Of a stretch of DNA of 64,000 nt, positions 51,689-64,000 are shown piece after piece. The first letter of the stretch is position 1, and each line of letters opens with the position of its first letter. The notes below the pieces were generated by a model. The model made no database searches and was not told where the DNA came from. It saw only the letters and a program-made list of their open reading frames with translations. Position numbers and translations under genes: made by a program. The DNA comes from Eledone cirrhosa (lineage: Eukaryota): positions 191,890,001-191,954,000 of the forward strand of contig OZ024743.1 in the NCBI GenBank assembly GCA_964016885.1. Reading direction: 5' to 3'.

Positions 51689-54537
51689 TCATCATCATCA
51701 TCATCATCATTTTACGTCCGCTTTTCCCTGCTTGCAAGGGTGGGACGAGTCTTATTCAGCACAGCATCTCTCCACTTGTCACGGTCCCTCGTCATCTCCA
51801 CCGTGAGCTTCAATGATCTGAGGTCTGTTCTCACCACCTCCGCCCATGTTTTTCGTGGTCTACCTCTACCACGTCTTCCTTCAACTGGCAATTCCTGGCA
51901 CTTCTTCACCCATCGGTCATCTTCCATGCGCATCACATGTCCGTACCACCTCAGTCTCCTCTCCCGTACACTACATTCTATCCCTCTCAGACACAGTTTC
52001 TCTCTCAACATATTTATGCTGGGTCGTTCATGCACATTTACACTGCACATCCAACAGAGCATGCTTGCCTCATTTCTCTCCAGCTGTCGCATATCCTCTG
52101 CAGTTGCTGCCCATGTCTCACTACCATGCAGCATCGCGCTCCTCACACAGGCATCATACAACCGGCCTTTCGTACGCAGGGAGAAACCCTTCTTCGTCAA
52201 CAGAGGAAGCAGCTCCCTAAACTTCTTCCAACCCGTCCTTATTCTAGATACTATGGCCTCGGAACACCCTCCTCCCATGCTAATCTGATCTCCTAGGTAC
52301 CGGAAGCTATCCACCACTTTTATAGCGCCCTCTTGCATTTGAAAAATGTGTCTATCAGTGCGACTTCTACTGTCTAATTTCCCTGTACATCTACTGCATA
52401 CATATTTCTCCCTACCTGTTAGTTTGCCTGCTATCCCGCTACATCTCTTGTGTACCCAGGATCTGCATTGTGTGCATTTTATAGAATTTATGCCAGTTCC
52501 TTTTCTGCATATCGAACATGGCCATTTCCCAGACGGAATCAGGGTTTTGTCCTCTTTTCTACTCATCAACACTTTTGTCTTAGCTAGATTCACTCTCAGT
52601 CCTCTTGCTTCCAACTGCTGTTTCCATAACCAGAATTTATTCTCTAGCTCCTCTACTGATTCTGCTATAAGAACCAGATCGTCAGCGTAGAGAAGTTCCC
52701 ATGGACAGCCAGTCTTAAACTCCTCTGTTATGGCTTGGAGGACTATAATGAACAAGAGCGGGCTGAGGACCAAACCCTGATGTACTCCTACTTGTATCTG
52801 GAATTCCTCACTAAACTCCATTCCTACCCTGACTTTACTGAGAGTACCTCTGTACAAAGTTTGCACTGTCCTCACAAGCCATTCCTCAAAACCTAGCTTC
52901 CTTAGGGACCACCAGATGACAGATCGGGGTACCCTATCAAAGGCCTTCTCTAGGTCAACAAAGGCTAAGTATAGTGGCTTATTCTTCTCTAAGAACCTCT
53001 CTTGCAATTGTCTCACCAAGAAGAGGGCATCTGTTGTACTCTTCCCAGGCACAAAACCAAACTGCATCTCATCTAGTTTGACCCTTTCTCTAATTAGTTG
53101 TGCTAAAATCCTTTCTGCCACTTTCATAACCTGATCTATCAGTTTTATACCTCTATAATTGCTCCTCTCCAAAGCATCCCCTTTACCTTTGTAGCAATTT
53201 ATGAGAATACTGCTGCACCAGTCTTTGGGTATGACACCACCATATATAGCCTGATTGATGATGCGTGCAACCAGTTTAGTGCCTACGTCCCCTGATGCCT
53301 TCAGCATCTCAGCAACTATTCCCGATGGTCCGGCAGCCTTACCATTTTTCATTTCCCTAATCGCCTCTTGGACCCTATATTCATCAATCTCAATAGCTGG
53401 TCCCTCTGTCGGATCCACCAAGGGTAATTTCTCTCTCTCCCATTCGTTCTCCACATTCATCAGTCTCTCATAATGACATTTCCAGGCCTCCTTTTTCTGA
53501 TCATTCATGACACTAAGTACACCGGCATCATCCCGGACACATTTATCTCCAACAACATCCTGATTTGCATTGACACACTGCCTTGCAATGTGGAACACCG
53601 CACGCCTCTGATCTTCCCGTCGCAGAACATTGGCAAACCTCCTACTCTCTGCCTCCCTGCGTGCTAAATACACCTGACGTTTAGCTTCTCTCTTAGTGGC
53701 TGTATATTCTTCCCTACTCCCACCCTTTTTCCAAGCCTTCCATGCTAGTCTTTTGTCTCTAATAGCCTTATCTACTGTGCTGTTCCACCACCAGGTCACT
53801 CTCTGTCTGGTTGGAGCTCTGCTCCAGCCACAGGTTTCATCAGTAGCCTGCAGCAAGTTGTCACATCAAAAATTCCAGTTATTATCTATGTCATACGTCT
53901 CTAAATCGTCTTCTTTTTCGTCATATACATCTTGAAGGGCTTTCCTAAATTTGTATTTTAGTGAAAGGTCTTTTAGCTTCCAGACCTTTCTTCTCCACAC
54001 CTTCCTATATGTCTCATTCCATCTCTTGCCTACTGAGATATCACTAACAACTAACCTATGCTGTGGGGTACATTCTTCCCCAGGGTATGCCTTGGTATTA
54101 GACACTATCTGCCTGTCCCGCTGCTTAACTAGCAGGAAGTCAATCTGGCTTATGTGCTCACCAGATTTGTAGGTTATTAGGTGATTGGCAGGTTTCTGGA
54201 AGTTTGTGTTGCAAATAGTCAATGTACCCGCATCACAAAATTCAAGAAGTCTCACTCCTTCTTCATTTCTTGAACCGTAACCGTGCCCACCATGTACCCC
54301 AGTGTAACCATCCTGGAGCTGTCCAACATGACCATTGAAGTCTCCTGCTAGCATAACAATGTCTCCGTCCTCTGTCATTGCGGTTGTTTGCAAAAGTTGC
54401 TCATAAAAGCAGTCTTTCTCATCTTTGCCTAGGCCTGCTTGGGGAGCATAGGCCGAGATGATTGTCAGTAGTCTCTTACCTACAACTAATCTAAGCTTAA
54501 TTATTCGATTACTAACTCGAACTACCTCTATTGTCTT
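51689..54537 (-). mobile_element. RTE family C, slightly 5'-truncated, one frameshift
   Basis: ORFs 53866-54555 (APE) and 51712-53856 (RT-PHD) are separated by an indel near 53865. The stop codon abuts the (GAT)n tail. Confidence 0.93.
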
Positions 54538-54545
54538 ATATATAT

Positions 54546-54880
54546 GGAGGCACATGGCTTAGTGGTTAGAGCATTGGCCTTGCAATCGAAAGGTTGTGAG
54601 TTCAATTCTCAGACCGGGTGATGTGTTGTTTCCTTGAGCAAGACACTTTATTTCACATTGCTCCAGTTTACTCAGCTGTAGAAATGAGATGATATGGACT
54701 TGAGTCCCTATCATTCCACTGCAAAGTGGTCGTGGAGGTGCCACGGCAAAAAAGCACCCAGCACTCACTGTAAATGAGGTTGGTGTTAGGAAGGGCATCC
54801 AGCTGTAGAAATCAAGCCAGAATCAGTTCCCGTCCCACCCTTGCAAGCAGGGAAAAGTAGACGTAAAATGAAATGAAAAA
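54546..54880 (+). mobile_element. tRNA-derived SINE family 2
   Basis: As 40901-41245. Older heads at ~25870-26000(-), 31400-31540(-), 18890-18975(+). Confidence 0.85.
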
Positions 54881-55849
54881 TATATATATATAAGTGTGTG
54901 TGTATATATGTATGTGTATATGTGTGTGTGGGAGTGTGGGTTATGTGGGGGGGTGCCTATATTGGTACAGCACAAGGCACCTGACCTGTGTCCAACACAT
55001 CTAATAAAACATGTCTGTGATCAACTGACTGATAACCACCTTGAGTCAAAAACACATTTCAATGGAATCAAGCCACTTCAAAAATATTAAAAACCTAACG
55101 ATGCGCCAAGCATATTCTTATTTTTATATTTTTCTTATATTTCACTTTATTCTTATTTTACTTTATAGTGATCTATGGCTATACATTATTTTTTTTTTTT
55201 TTACCTTTTTTTTTATTGTTTTTTTTTTACATTTTTAGTTTTTCAGTTTTTTTTTTGTTTTTTTTTTTCTATTTTCATTTTTTTTTTATTTACATTTATT
55301 ATATTTATTAAATTTTTATCCCACCATTTTATTTTATTTTATTGTTTGTCATTCTCTCCCATCCTCTACCTGTTACCATTCTTTTTCCTTTTCTCTTGCT
55401 GCCCATTCATTTCATCTTCTATCCCTATCTGTTGTCCCTTACTCCTTACTTTTCTGCCATTCTCTTAACCCTCTTTTACTCTGTCCCCCATTAGATATTC
55501 TCAACACTTCCCCTCACCCCTTCTTCTCCTTATCACTATTCTCTTATTCCATTTTTCTTCTGCTTTTCTTTCTTCCTTTCCTCCCTCACTCTTCTTTTCT
55601 TTTTACTTTTTCCCTTTTCTCTATTCTATTCTCCTTACAACCAGCCCAATCAAATCAAGGAACAACACAACACCTCAACTGAGTGAGAAATGGTAATTTA
55701 AAGCTGTATGCTGATATCCCTATCATCAAGGAAACCACAAGTCAGATGAGCTATTGATAACAGAGTCAGGCGCAATCAATACAGATTGTACCTTGAGCTG
55801 ATAGATCATGAAACACGTGTCACACATGAATAAATATAATGATGATACT

Positions 55850-56099
55850 TTGACACTGGGATAATTGCTGGCCTTGTGTCAAAAGTAGAAACAATTATTA
55901 TTATTATTATTAGGGCAGTGGATTGGCAGTATCGGTAGAGGGTCAGACGCCATGCTTTGCAGCAAAGAGTTACGGCCCTTTATAGTCTGAGTTTAAATCC
56001 CACCAAGGTTAACTTTGCCTTTCATCCTTACAGGATTGATAAAATAAAGTACCAGTAATGCACTGGGTAATTGCTGGCCTTGTGCCAAAAGTAAAAACA

Positions 56100-56148
<49 letters not shown>

Positions 56149-56230
56149 AAGAGTCAATAAGAATAAAGTACCAGTAATGTACTGGGATAATTGCTGGCTT
56201 TGTGCCAAAAATAGAAACAATTGTTATTAT
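55850..56230 (+). mobile_element. SINE family 1: one full copy plus flanking 3' fragments
   Basis: 55912-56145 full copy with (ATT)n tail; partial tails before and after. Confidence 0.8.
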
Positions 56231-56460
56231 TGTTAATATTCTGCTTATGAAGAAGACTGACCATAGTAAATACCAAATGTACAAAACCACATACTATACT
56301 AAATCTGACTCACCTATGCATTGAGTGTTCAAGCTGGTAAACCAATAGCAACATAAAGTTACAAACCATTAAACTATATATATAGTTAATAAATGAAACA
56401 AAGAGAGAAAAAAGAGGGGCTAATCAAAGAGCAAAAAATGAAAATAAATTATAATTTTAC

Positions 56461-56546
56461 CTCAATACTTAATAATCTTCCAATAAATGGATCTTGGCCT
56501 TCTTCATCTGTATCACCGAAAACTAATTTTTCTGAATCTGGCACAA
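56461..56546 (-). CDS. IFT122: IFT122 third-from-last coding exon
   Basis: Translates (V)VPDSEKLVFGDTDEEGQDPFIGRLLSIE, then a gtaaaa donor in phase 0. Matches the recalled human ...DEDPFTAKLSFE that precedes QGGSEF. The 5' boundary is 56546 or 56537 (two in-frame AGs). Confidence 0.82.
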
Positions 56547-57955
56547 CTGATAAGGAACAATGTAAACTGAATTCAATACTGATATGATGATGATGATTAC
56601 AATATGATGATGATATGATGATGATGATGATTACAATATGATGATGATTACAATTATGATAGTGAAAATCCTGATGATGGAAACAATACACATGATTTCC
56701 TTTGGGTGGATACAAGGCCATATTTATAAGAAGATTGAATGAAATTAACCTTTTATTATCCTGTTTCTAAGACATTGGCCTATGATTTTCAAATAGTTCT
56801 GACATTAATCAAAACTTTGGAAGGATTTTGTAATACATCAAAGTTTCTCATTATAAAGCTTGTGTTTGAAGCGTAACAAAGATTCTGACATAAACTTATG
56901 ATGGAAAGCTTTTAGATAAATATAAACACTTTAAAATAAACAGTTTTGTAATATAGAAGCAGAGGGGTGGGCAGTTCAGATGGTTTGGTATCAAGAGGGT
57001 GATTTTAGCATAATACACTATAGATAGATATTTTCAGTCTCAAGAGAATAAAACCAAATCATCTATGATGATGTTGATATTTTATCTATTTCCCTTTTAA
57101 TTTCTTAGATAGGAAGGGGTCCTTTTGCAGAGTAGTTGAGGTTGGCTGGGGATTGGGGAGGGGGGTGTTTAACCTCAAACGAGACCTACAAATGCCTGCA
57201 ACAGAGTGGATTCAGCTGAAGGCGCCAAGCCCAAGTGGTGGTGTTAAACCAGATAACAGATTAAGTCAACAACCCAAATGGCCACAACAGGAACAAATAT
57301 AGCAAGCCATCTCATCCAATACTCTAACAATTTTGTTAACCCACCACCCTGGTCTAGTTTGGTACTTCATTTTCTCTACTTCAAAAGAATGAAAGACAAA
57401 GCTGCCCTCAGTAGGATTTGACCACAGAGCAGAGATACTATAACAAAAGTGTTATTGATGATGATGATGATAATAATGTTAAATTTACAACACATTTGTA
57501 AATACTATTTAGTAATGGAACATTTCTATAGCAGTATTAATTCTTTGTTTATTTAAGATGTACGTCTCTATATATAGCAACATGGATTGCTTCTATCTAT
57601 AAATGTTTGACATATTTATTTTGTAGACATATGTAAAATTGGCTGCAAGTCTTTCCTAAGTCATCAAGTCTGTTATGACATGAATGAAGTTTTGTTTTCC
57701 CCAGAAGGAGTATTTGACAAGGAGAGACATGGAGGGAGATAGTATGAGAGAGAGAAAGAGAGAGGGAGATAAATATGATAGATAAATAAGGAAAGATGGG
57801 AAGACAAAGGTACAAAGATTAAAGAAAATGTGCAATCACCATAGAATAGATGACAGCTAGGTGTGAGAGCTAAATCCTAATTATATATAGGCACATATAG
57901 AAATACACAAAGACACACACACACATTTATGTATGTGTGTGTGTGTGTATATATA

Positions 57956-59457
57956 TCATCATCATCACCATTACCGTTTTACCTCCGTTCTTCCATGCTA
58001 GCATGGGTTAGATGGGTTGTCCTGTTGTGGGCAGTGTCCAGTCCACTGACCTTGTCTTGCTCATACAGGAACTGAGTCTGGCTTGATTTCTACAGCTAGA
58101 TGCCCTTCCTAACACCAACCTCATTTACAGTGAGTGCTGGGTGCTTTTTTCCATGGTATCTCCACGTCCACTTTACAGTGTGGGCTGGGTGCTTTTTTGC
58201 CGTGGCGCCTCCACAACCACTTTGCAGTGGGAGGGGGTGGGGGCATATTTTCTATATGCTTCAGCTTCGACTTGTACCCATGGGAAGTCGGGTCTTCTGT
58301 ATTACTGTGTGACACCAGAGGTCATGGTTGTGTGTCATCGCCCTTGAGAAGTGCAATTGGGTAAGGTCGGCTTTTATCACCTCATCCCAGGTCTTCTTGG
58401 GTCTCTCCACTCCGCGGCTTCCATCGACTTCTGCACCTTTTTATGCAGCTGTCATCCTTCATACACAACCTCCTCTCCTGCACACAGGATTTGATTCCTC
58501 TTATTCTCAGTCTCTCTCTCAATTCGGTTATGCTTTGCCGTTCGCGTATATTACTATTACACATCCATCAGAGCATGCAAGCTTCGTTTCTTTCTAATCT
58601 GTGCAAGTCTTCTACAGACAGCGCCCAGGTCTCACTAGCATATAACATTGCTGTTCGTATACACGCATCATACAGTCTGCCTTTCATTTTGAGGGAAAAG
58701 CCTTTTGCAGCTAGCAGTGGCAGTAGTTCCCTGAACTTCTTCCATCCCGTTCTTACCCTAGTTATTGTACTTTCCGAACACCCACCTCCGCTGCCAATTC
58801 GGTCACCTAGGTAGCAGAAGCTGTCTACTGTTTCTACAGAGCCCGCCCAGAGTTTGGTGGTGCTTGTTTCCTGTGGCCATTTACTGCTTGCTGTCCCAGC
58901 GCAGCTGCTACATATGAAGCCTACATTCTTACTTAAGCTTCCTCAGATACCACTACATCTTTTGTGTACCCATTGTTTGCATTTGGAGCAGAGAATGGAG
59001 TTCCTACCTACACCTTTCCTACATACTGAGCAAGGCCATTTCCCTGAGGGGATATGCGTTCTGTTTTCTCGTCTACTTACAAGAACCTTAGTCTTTGTCA
59101 GGTTGACATTGAGACCCTTTCTTTCTAGTCCCTGCTTCCATGTTTGGAATTTCTTCTCTAGTTCCACCATAGATTCAGCTATAAGTGTGAGATCATCTGC
59201 ATATAGGAGTTTCTATGGGCATCTGGTCTTAAACTCCTCCATTATTGCCTGCAAAACTATAATGAACAGAAGAGGGCTAAGAATAGAGCCCTGGTGGACA
59301 CCAACCTGTATGCTAAATTCCTTGCTATAGTCATTGCTAACCCTTACTTTGCTGACTGCTCCTCTATACGTGGCTTGGACAGCTTTCACAAGCCATTCAT
59401 CTACTCCTAATTTTCTAAGAGCCCACCACGGGGGACTCTGTCGAAAGCTTTTTCCAG
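57956..59457 (-). mobile_element. RTE family A, 5'-truncated, decayed
   Basis: Collinear with 22608-24125, with deletions; ends at (TA)n. Confidence 0.9.
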
Positions 59458-59803
59458 TATATATATATATATATATATATCAAAAGTATATATTGAGTTA
59501 AAAATTCCCAATAGTCCCCTATAATTAAAATAGCTCAAGGAGAAAAATCTTTCTGAGCCTTATAATACTGTAAGGAGAGACGAACACAGATATATAGCTA
59601 TATGTGTTCAAATCACAAGGGACATAGATCGCCAGAGTAAAGAAAATATTGACTAAAATAGTATGATTCACAGAACCCAATCAAAAGGATAATTTGAGAA
59701 AAACAAACCTACCATGATAACTATCATCTACCCAGACAGTTTATGGGTAGAACTGTTTTGCCATCTCTGTCCTTTGTAATTTGAATACAATATATATATA
59801 TAT

Positions 59804-60141
59804 ATATCACGGAAAAAAGAGAATCAGTGTTGCAATGAAAGGAATTTATTGGACATATTACAATTGTTTCTCGGGCGACCAGCTCAAGGCGCAATCAATG
59901 TAGTGATCAAACCTGACTCTGAAATCGTGCAGCCCTCGGATACGTCTCGATTCTACGAAGCAGATTTTCGAATAGGAAAATCTGCTTCATAGAATCGAGA
60001 CGTATCCAACGACCACGCAATTTCAGAGTCAGGTTTGATCACTACATTGATCGCGCCTTGAGCTGGTCGCCCGAGAAACAATTGTAATATGTCCAATAAA
60101 TTCCTTTCGTCGCAACACTGATTCTCTTTTTTCTGTGATAT
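59804..60141. repeat. ~340-bp palindrome, probable Penelope pseudo-LTR foldback
   Basis: ~165-bp arms around a loop at 59970-59975. Contains GAAACAATTGTA...AATAAA. A single related arm lies at ~17945-18095. Confidence 0.75.
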
Positions 60142-60297
60142 CATACTCTGCTCTATGAGGGCATCGAGTGGTCACACGGCCTACCGCATATGGATGCTTT
60201 AAGCATCCAACACCAGTTATATATATATATATACTCACACACACACAGATATATAAATACATATGTATGTATATTTGTACACACACACACACACATA

Positions 60298-61153
60298 CGA
60301 GGTGGGTCAGAAAAGTTCCAGGACTGATGTCACAAAACATTTATTTCAAACCCAAACTTCACACTAAGAGTTTTCTCCTTCAAAGTAATCCCCCTGGAGT
60401 CTAATGCACTTTTCCATCCTTTTCTGCCATGCTTGCATGCACTCCTGGAAGGATTCTTCCGGGATCCTCCACAGTTCCGTCGTCATGGCCTTTTTGATGT
60501 CGTCCATGTCTTCAAAACAGGTCCCCTCCGGGTCAAACTCAAAGATCCGGTGATGACTGTCCCTAGCAAGTCTGGTTCGGTTTCAAGACGCTTGAGGATG
60601 TCCTGGCACACTTGAATACGTCGACCCTTCTGGTCATCATTCAGCAGTTTTGGCACCATCTTCGCACACACTTTCCGCATGTCCAAATCTTCAGTGAGAA
60701 TCTTCCAGACGCTGTCCCGATTCATGGCCAGCTCATTTGCCATCAGTCGAACAGTCAGCTGACGATCGCTACGAACCATCTGCCTGATGCGCTCAATGTT
60801 GACCTCAGTCCTGGTTGTTGAGGGCCTTCCGCTCCTGGGGTCATTTTGCACCACTCAAAAACATGTGAGCGTGACATCGTCTCATCTCCATACACTTGCT
60901 GCAGCAATCCCAGTGCTTCTGACGGAGTTTTCCCCAACCGTACCAGAAACTTCAAGTTTGTTCGATGCTCTGTGCTCATTGCTTGATGACCTGAAACAGA
61001 GGACATGTATATAAAACTATGAAGAAAAAAGTTTGATCGCTGCAGAGAGCTAAGATTACAGTTACAAACTCCAGGGAGATTACTTTGAAGGAGAAAACTT
61101 TTAGTGTGAAGTTTGGGTTTGAAATAAATCTTTTGTGACATCAGTCCTGGAAC
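60298..61153 (-). mobile_element. Internally deleted mariner transposon with extended inverted repeats
   Basis: Transposase pieces MSTEHRTNLKFLVRLGKT..., PRSGRP, VCAKMVPKLL, VITG, then a jump to ...RMEKCIRLQGDYFEG. 60315-60400 is inverted at 61068-61153. TA at the left end. Confidence 0.9.
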
Positions 61154-64000
61154 ATAAAGAAAGAGAGAGAGGGATTGTGAATAAGAGCATAGTTTCTTTG
61201 GTAAAACTAAATAAATCTTATAAAAACATGCACACAGATATATGCCTGTGAATGTATAACATTTGTTGCCCAAATAATTCTGGAATTACCTCCTTACAAA
61301 AATACAGAATCTCATAACAGCCTGAGAAAATTATTTTGGCACAACTGCCCCTTCTCTCTTTAATATTATATTGAAACACATCAAAAAAGCTCCAGTTCAG
61401 TACTGGGTTCAAATTTTCCTCTAAACCACTTTCTGACTTCTCCTCTCTCTCCTTCTCCGTAAGAATTAACTGTGTTCAGACCTTGTGAGGGGAATGAGCT
61501 CTGCCAGGTTTAAAGTGCCTAAGATATATTGTATGTCATGTTAGTGCCCTGATGACTTCAACAGGATTTACAGATCCATATATACACATATTTATGTAAA
61601 TATTAGTTACTGCTTTCATCTATTTGCATATATATATATCCTTTAGTATACAGTCTTACATGTTTAAAGCAGATGCTTTTGCAGAAGGATGTTCTTTCTA
61701 CAGATAAAGACATCAACCAATGTAGTACAAGTAAAACCACTGTTTAAGCAGCAGCAAGCATTACTATGTGCCTTGCAACATAAAGGCTATCCTAAGCTTT
61801 GAACACATGACCATATGATCCAGAATCTAGGATCTTAAATTCAGAGATATTTTGATCTGTAATAAATTATAAATAGAACAATATATAAACAAATAGGATA
61901 CTGTCAGAGCATAACAATGCATCTAACCCATGTATACATGGAAAAGAGACATAAAGCAATGATGATGACAATGATGAACAATGATGAATGGCTCTTTACC
62001 CTTTCATCATTACTAACTGTATACACTGTGCTTATTTCAGAACAATCCATCTATACAACATAGCACTGCTGCACTGGGAAAGAAAAGTCCCAAGTTCTTG
62101 TGACAGTATTACATACTGAAAAGGAGAAAGCTTCTTGTACTGGTAAATGTAATGCTCTAGAAGAATGAAAAGCCAAGACATACCAAATAGGTTATGAAAT
62201 CAGAATATATAGTGATGAACGTAAATGCTCTAAAGTATTTCTTTCAGCACTCTACTGTTTCTACCAGCTTGCCAACATAATGAAACATATAGTCACATGC
62301 CCAAAATTGCACATGCACACACATATGCATACTAACAGAAACACATGTAAACACAGAGAAAGCAAGCAAGCCATGCAAGAAGAAGAAAAATGTAAAATTG
62401 AAATATACAACTAATCAAATAATGTTTGTTGGTTGCCAGTTGTAGCCATGTAAAACAATATGGTTTATTTCAGCTTCTTACACTGTGACATTTGTAACTT
62501 CTACAAACATAAATTACATCAGCTGGGTTTAATTTTTCCCTTTCTATTCAATTTCCAGCTAACAGCAGTTAATTTCACAGAAATGCTTCATTATAAACAT
62601 TATTTGACACTAAATGCAATGATGTGGTGGTGACAATGGGGCTGATGGTGAGTGTTGGATGATGGTAACTATTGTGATAATGTAAGTGATGGTTGTGAGT
62701 GTTGGCAATTACTGTGATAGTGTAGGTAATAGCATTCATCTTGTGTTACCCAGTAAACATTGTAAGAGTAAAAAAACAAATAAATACTACTCACATATGT
62801 GATGTATGATAGTTTACACACACCACATGCAAATTTGTATATATATACACCCAGTAGACACTTCACTTCAAATATAATACTAGTGCTAAATGGGTTTAAA
62901 TGCAATCAATGAGAAAGTTACCTTATGTTTTCCACCCATAACAGTTTGTAATGAACAATTTAATGCAATTACAAAAATGTAACCAAGAAACCCTCACATG
63001 ATGATTCCAATGAACATCCGTCAGTATCAACGAGTGTTCCAGTTGTTCAATTAATGAAACATTCTGCTCATAAAATTCACATGTAAGTGGTTGAGCATTC
63101 CACAGATAGTGTACTCTTAATGTAATTCTCAGGGAAATTCAGCATGACACAATGGGTGACAAGGTTGGTCCTTTGAATTATAGGCACAGTCCATCTGACA
63201 GGCTTCCAAGCAGTTTCTGTTTACCTAATTCTACTCACAAGGGATGCTATGGTAAATGATACTTGCCCAAGATACCACAAAGTGGGATTGAACACAAGTC
63301 CAAATGATTCTAAAGCCAACACCTTAAACATTTGGTCATGCAGTGTCCACCATAATAAACTCCTCAACAATTCGACTATGCTACACCCAAAGCATACAGA
63401 TTACATGAAAATATTCAACGGTTTCAGGCATTTGCTGTGACAGAAAATCATGATTTTTGTGTCCAGTTTTCTATGTGGTTATGTTGAATGAGACTCTTTG
63501 AAGAAGTGTTTTATGGCCAGATGCCTTTTCTGGTACTAACAATTTTAATCACTTTTTACAACATGCTGGGATACAGTGTTCCTATCCCAAAACTCAGGAT
63601 ATACATGGTTGTGACAAACTACAACATATTCTAAACAGAAGACAAATATCAAAGCTGATTACTAATTTGTTATGTAATTTCACTGAAACTTCCATAAGAG
63701 TTTACATAAAAATTACTATCAAAAAGATAAATGAAACCTATTTCCAAATGTTAGAGAACAGTTTCTTTTACAGAAGATTTCATTAAGATAACCTAGGAGC
63801 TCAGCTACATGTGTGTGTATGTATGTGTATGATTTATGCAGCAGTCTGTACAGCAAGATAACAAAGTATTAAAGAACTTAAATTAGCATTGAAACCAGAA
63901 TGTAAAATTTTCCCATTAACTCATATCTTCTACATCAAGTGTTGTTATAGTTCCTTCAAGAATGCTGCATTTAACTCTTCAAATGCATCATTATTAATTG

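Noticed and set aside
54546-54620. tRNA gene
   Set aside because: A and B boxes are present but there is no full cloverleaf, and it runs into a SINE body.
61218-61470. Open minus-strand frame with a gtaatt donor, candidate upstream IFT122 exon
   Set aside because: No resemblance to the expected IFT122 segment and no clear acceptor.

Overview
AT-rich eukaryotic (animal) DNA. The repeat families, SINEs and long (TA)n tracts suggest an octopod cephalopod, which is an inference. The only host gene I can support is the 3' end of IFT122 on the minus strand: three coding exons (56461-56546, 20439-20606, 20132-20215) that the ORF track does not resolve, with a ~35.9 kb transposon-filled intron. The rest is mostly mobile DNA. 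There are at least four RTE-clade LINE families, including one intact 1076-aa copy whose reverse transcriptase carries an inserted C4HC3 PHD finger. Also present: a Penelope-like element with inverted pseudo-LTRs bearing hammerhead-ribozyme motifs, several palindromic Penelope remnants, a Tx1/L1-type LINE with a 17-bp TSD, a Helitron with a nested RTE, an internally deleted mariner, MITEs and two tRNA-SINE families. The most interesting signals are the PHD finger inside the RT, a reiterated H-type pseudoknot module shared by LINE 3'UTRs and a chimeric SINE, the ribozyme motifs, and an inverted TSD. All homology calls come from motif recognition; no searches were run.
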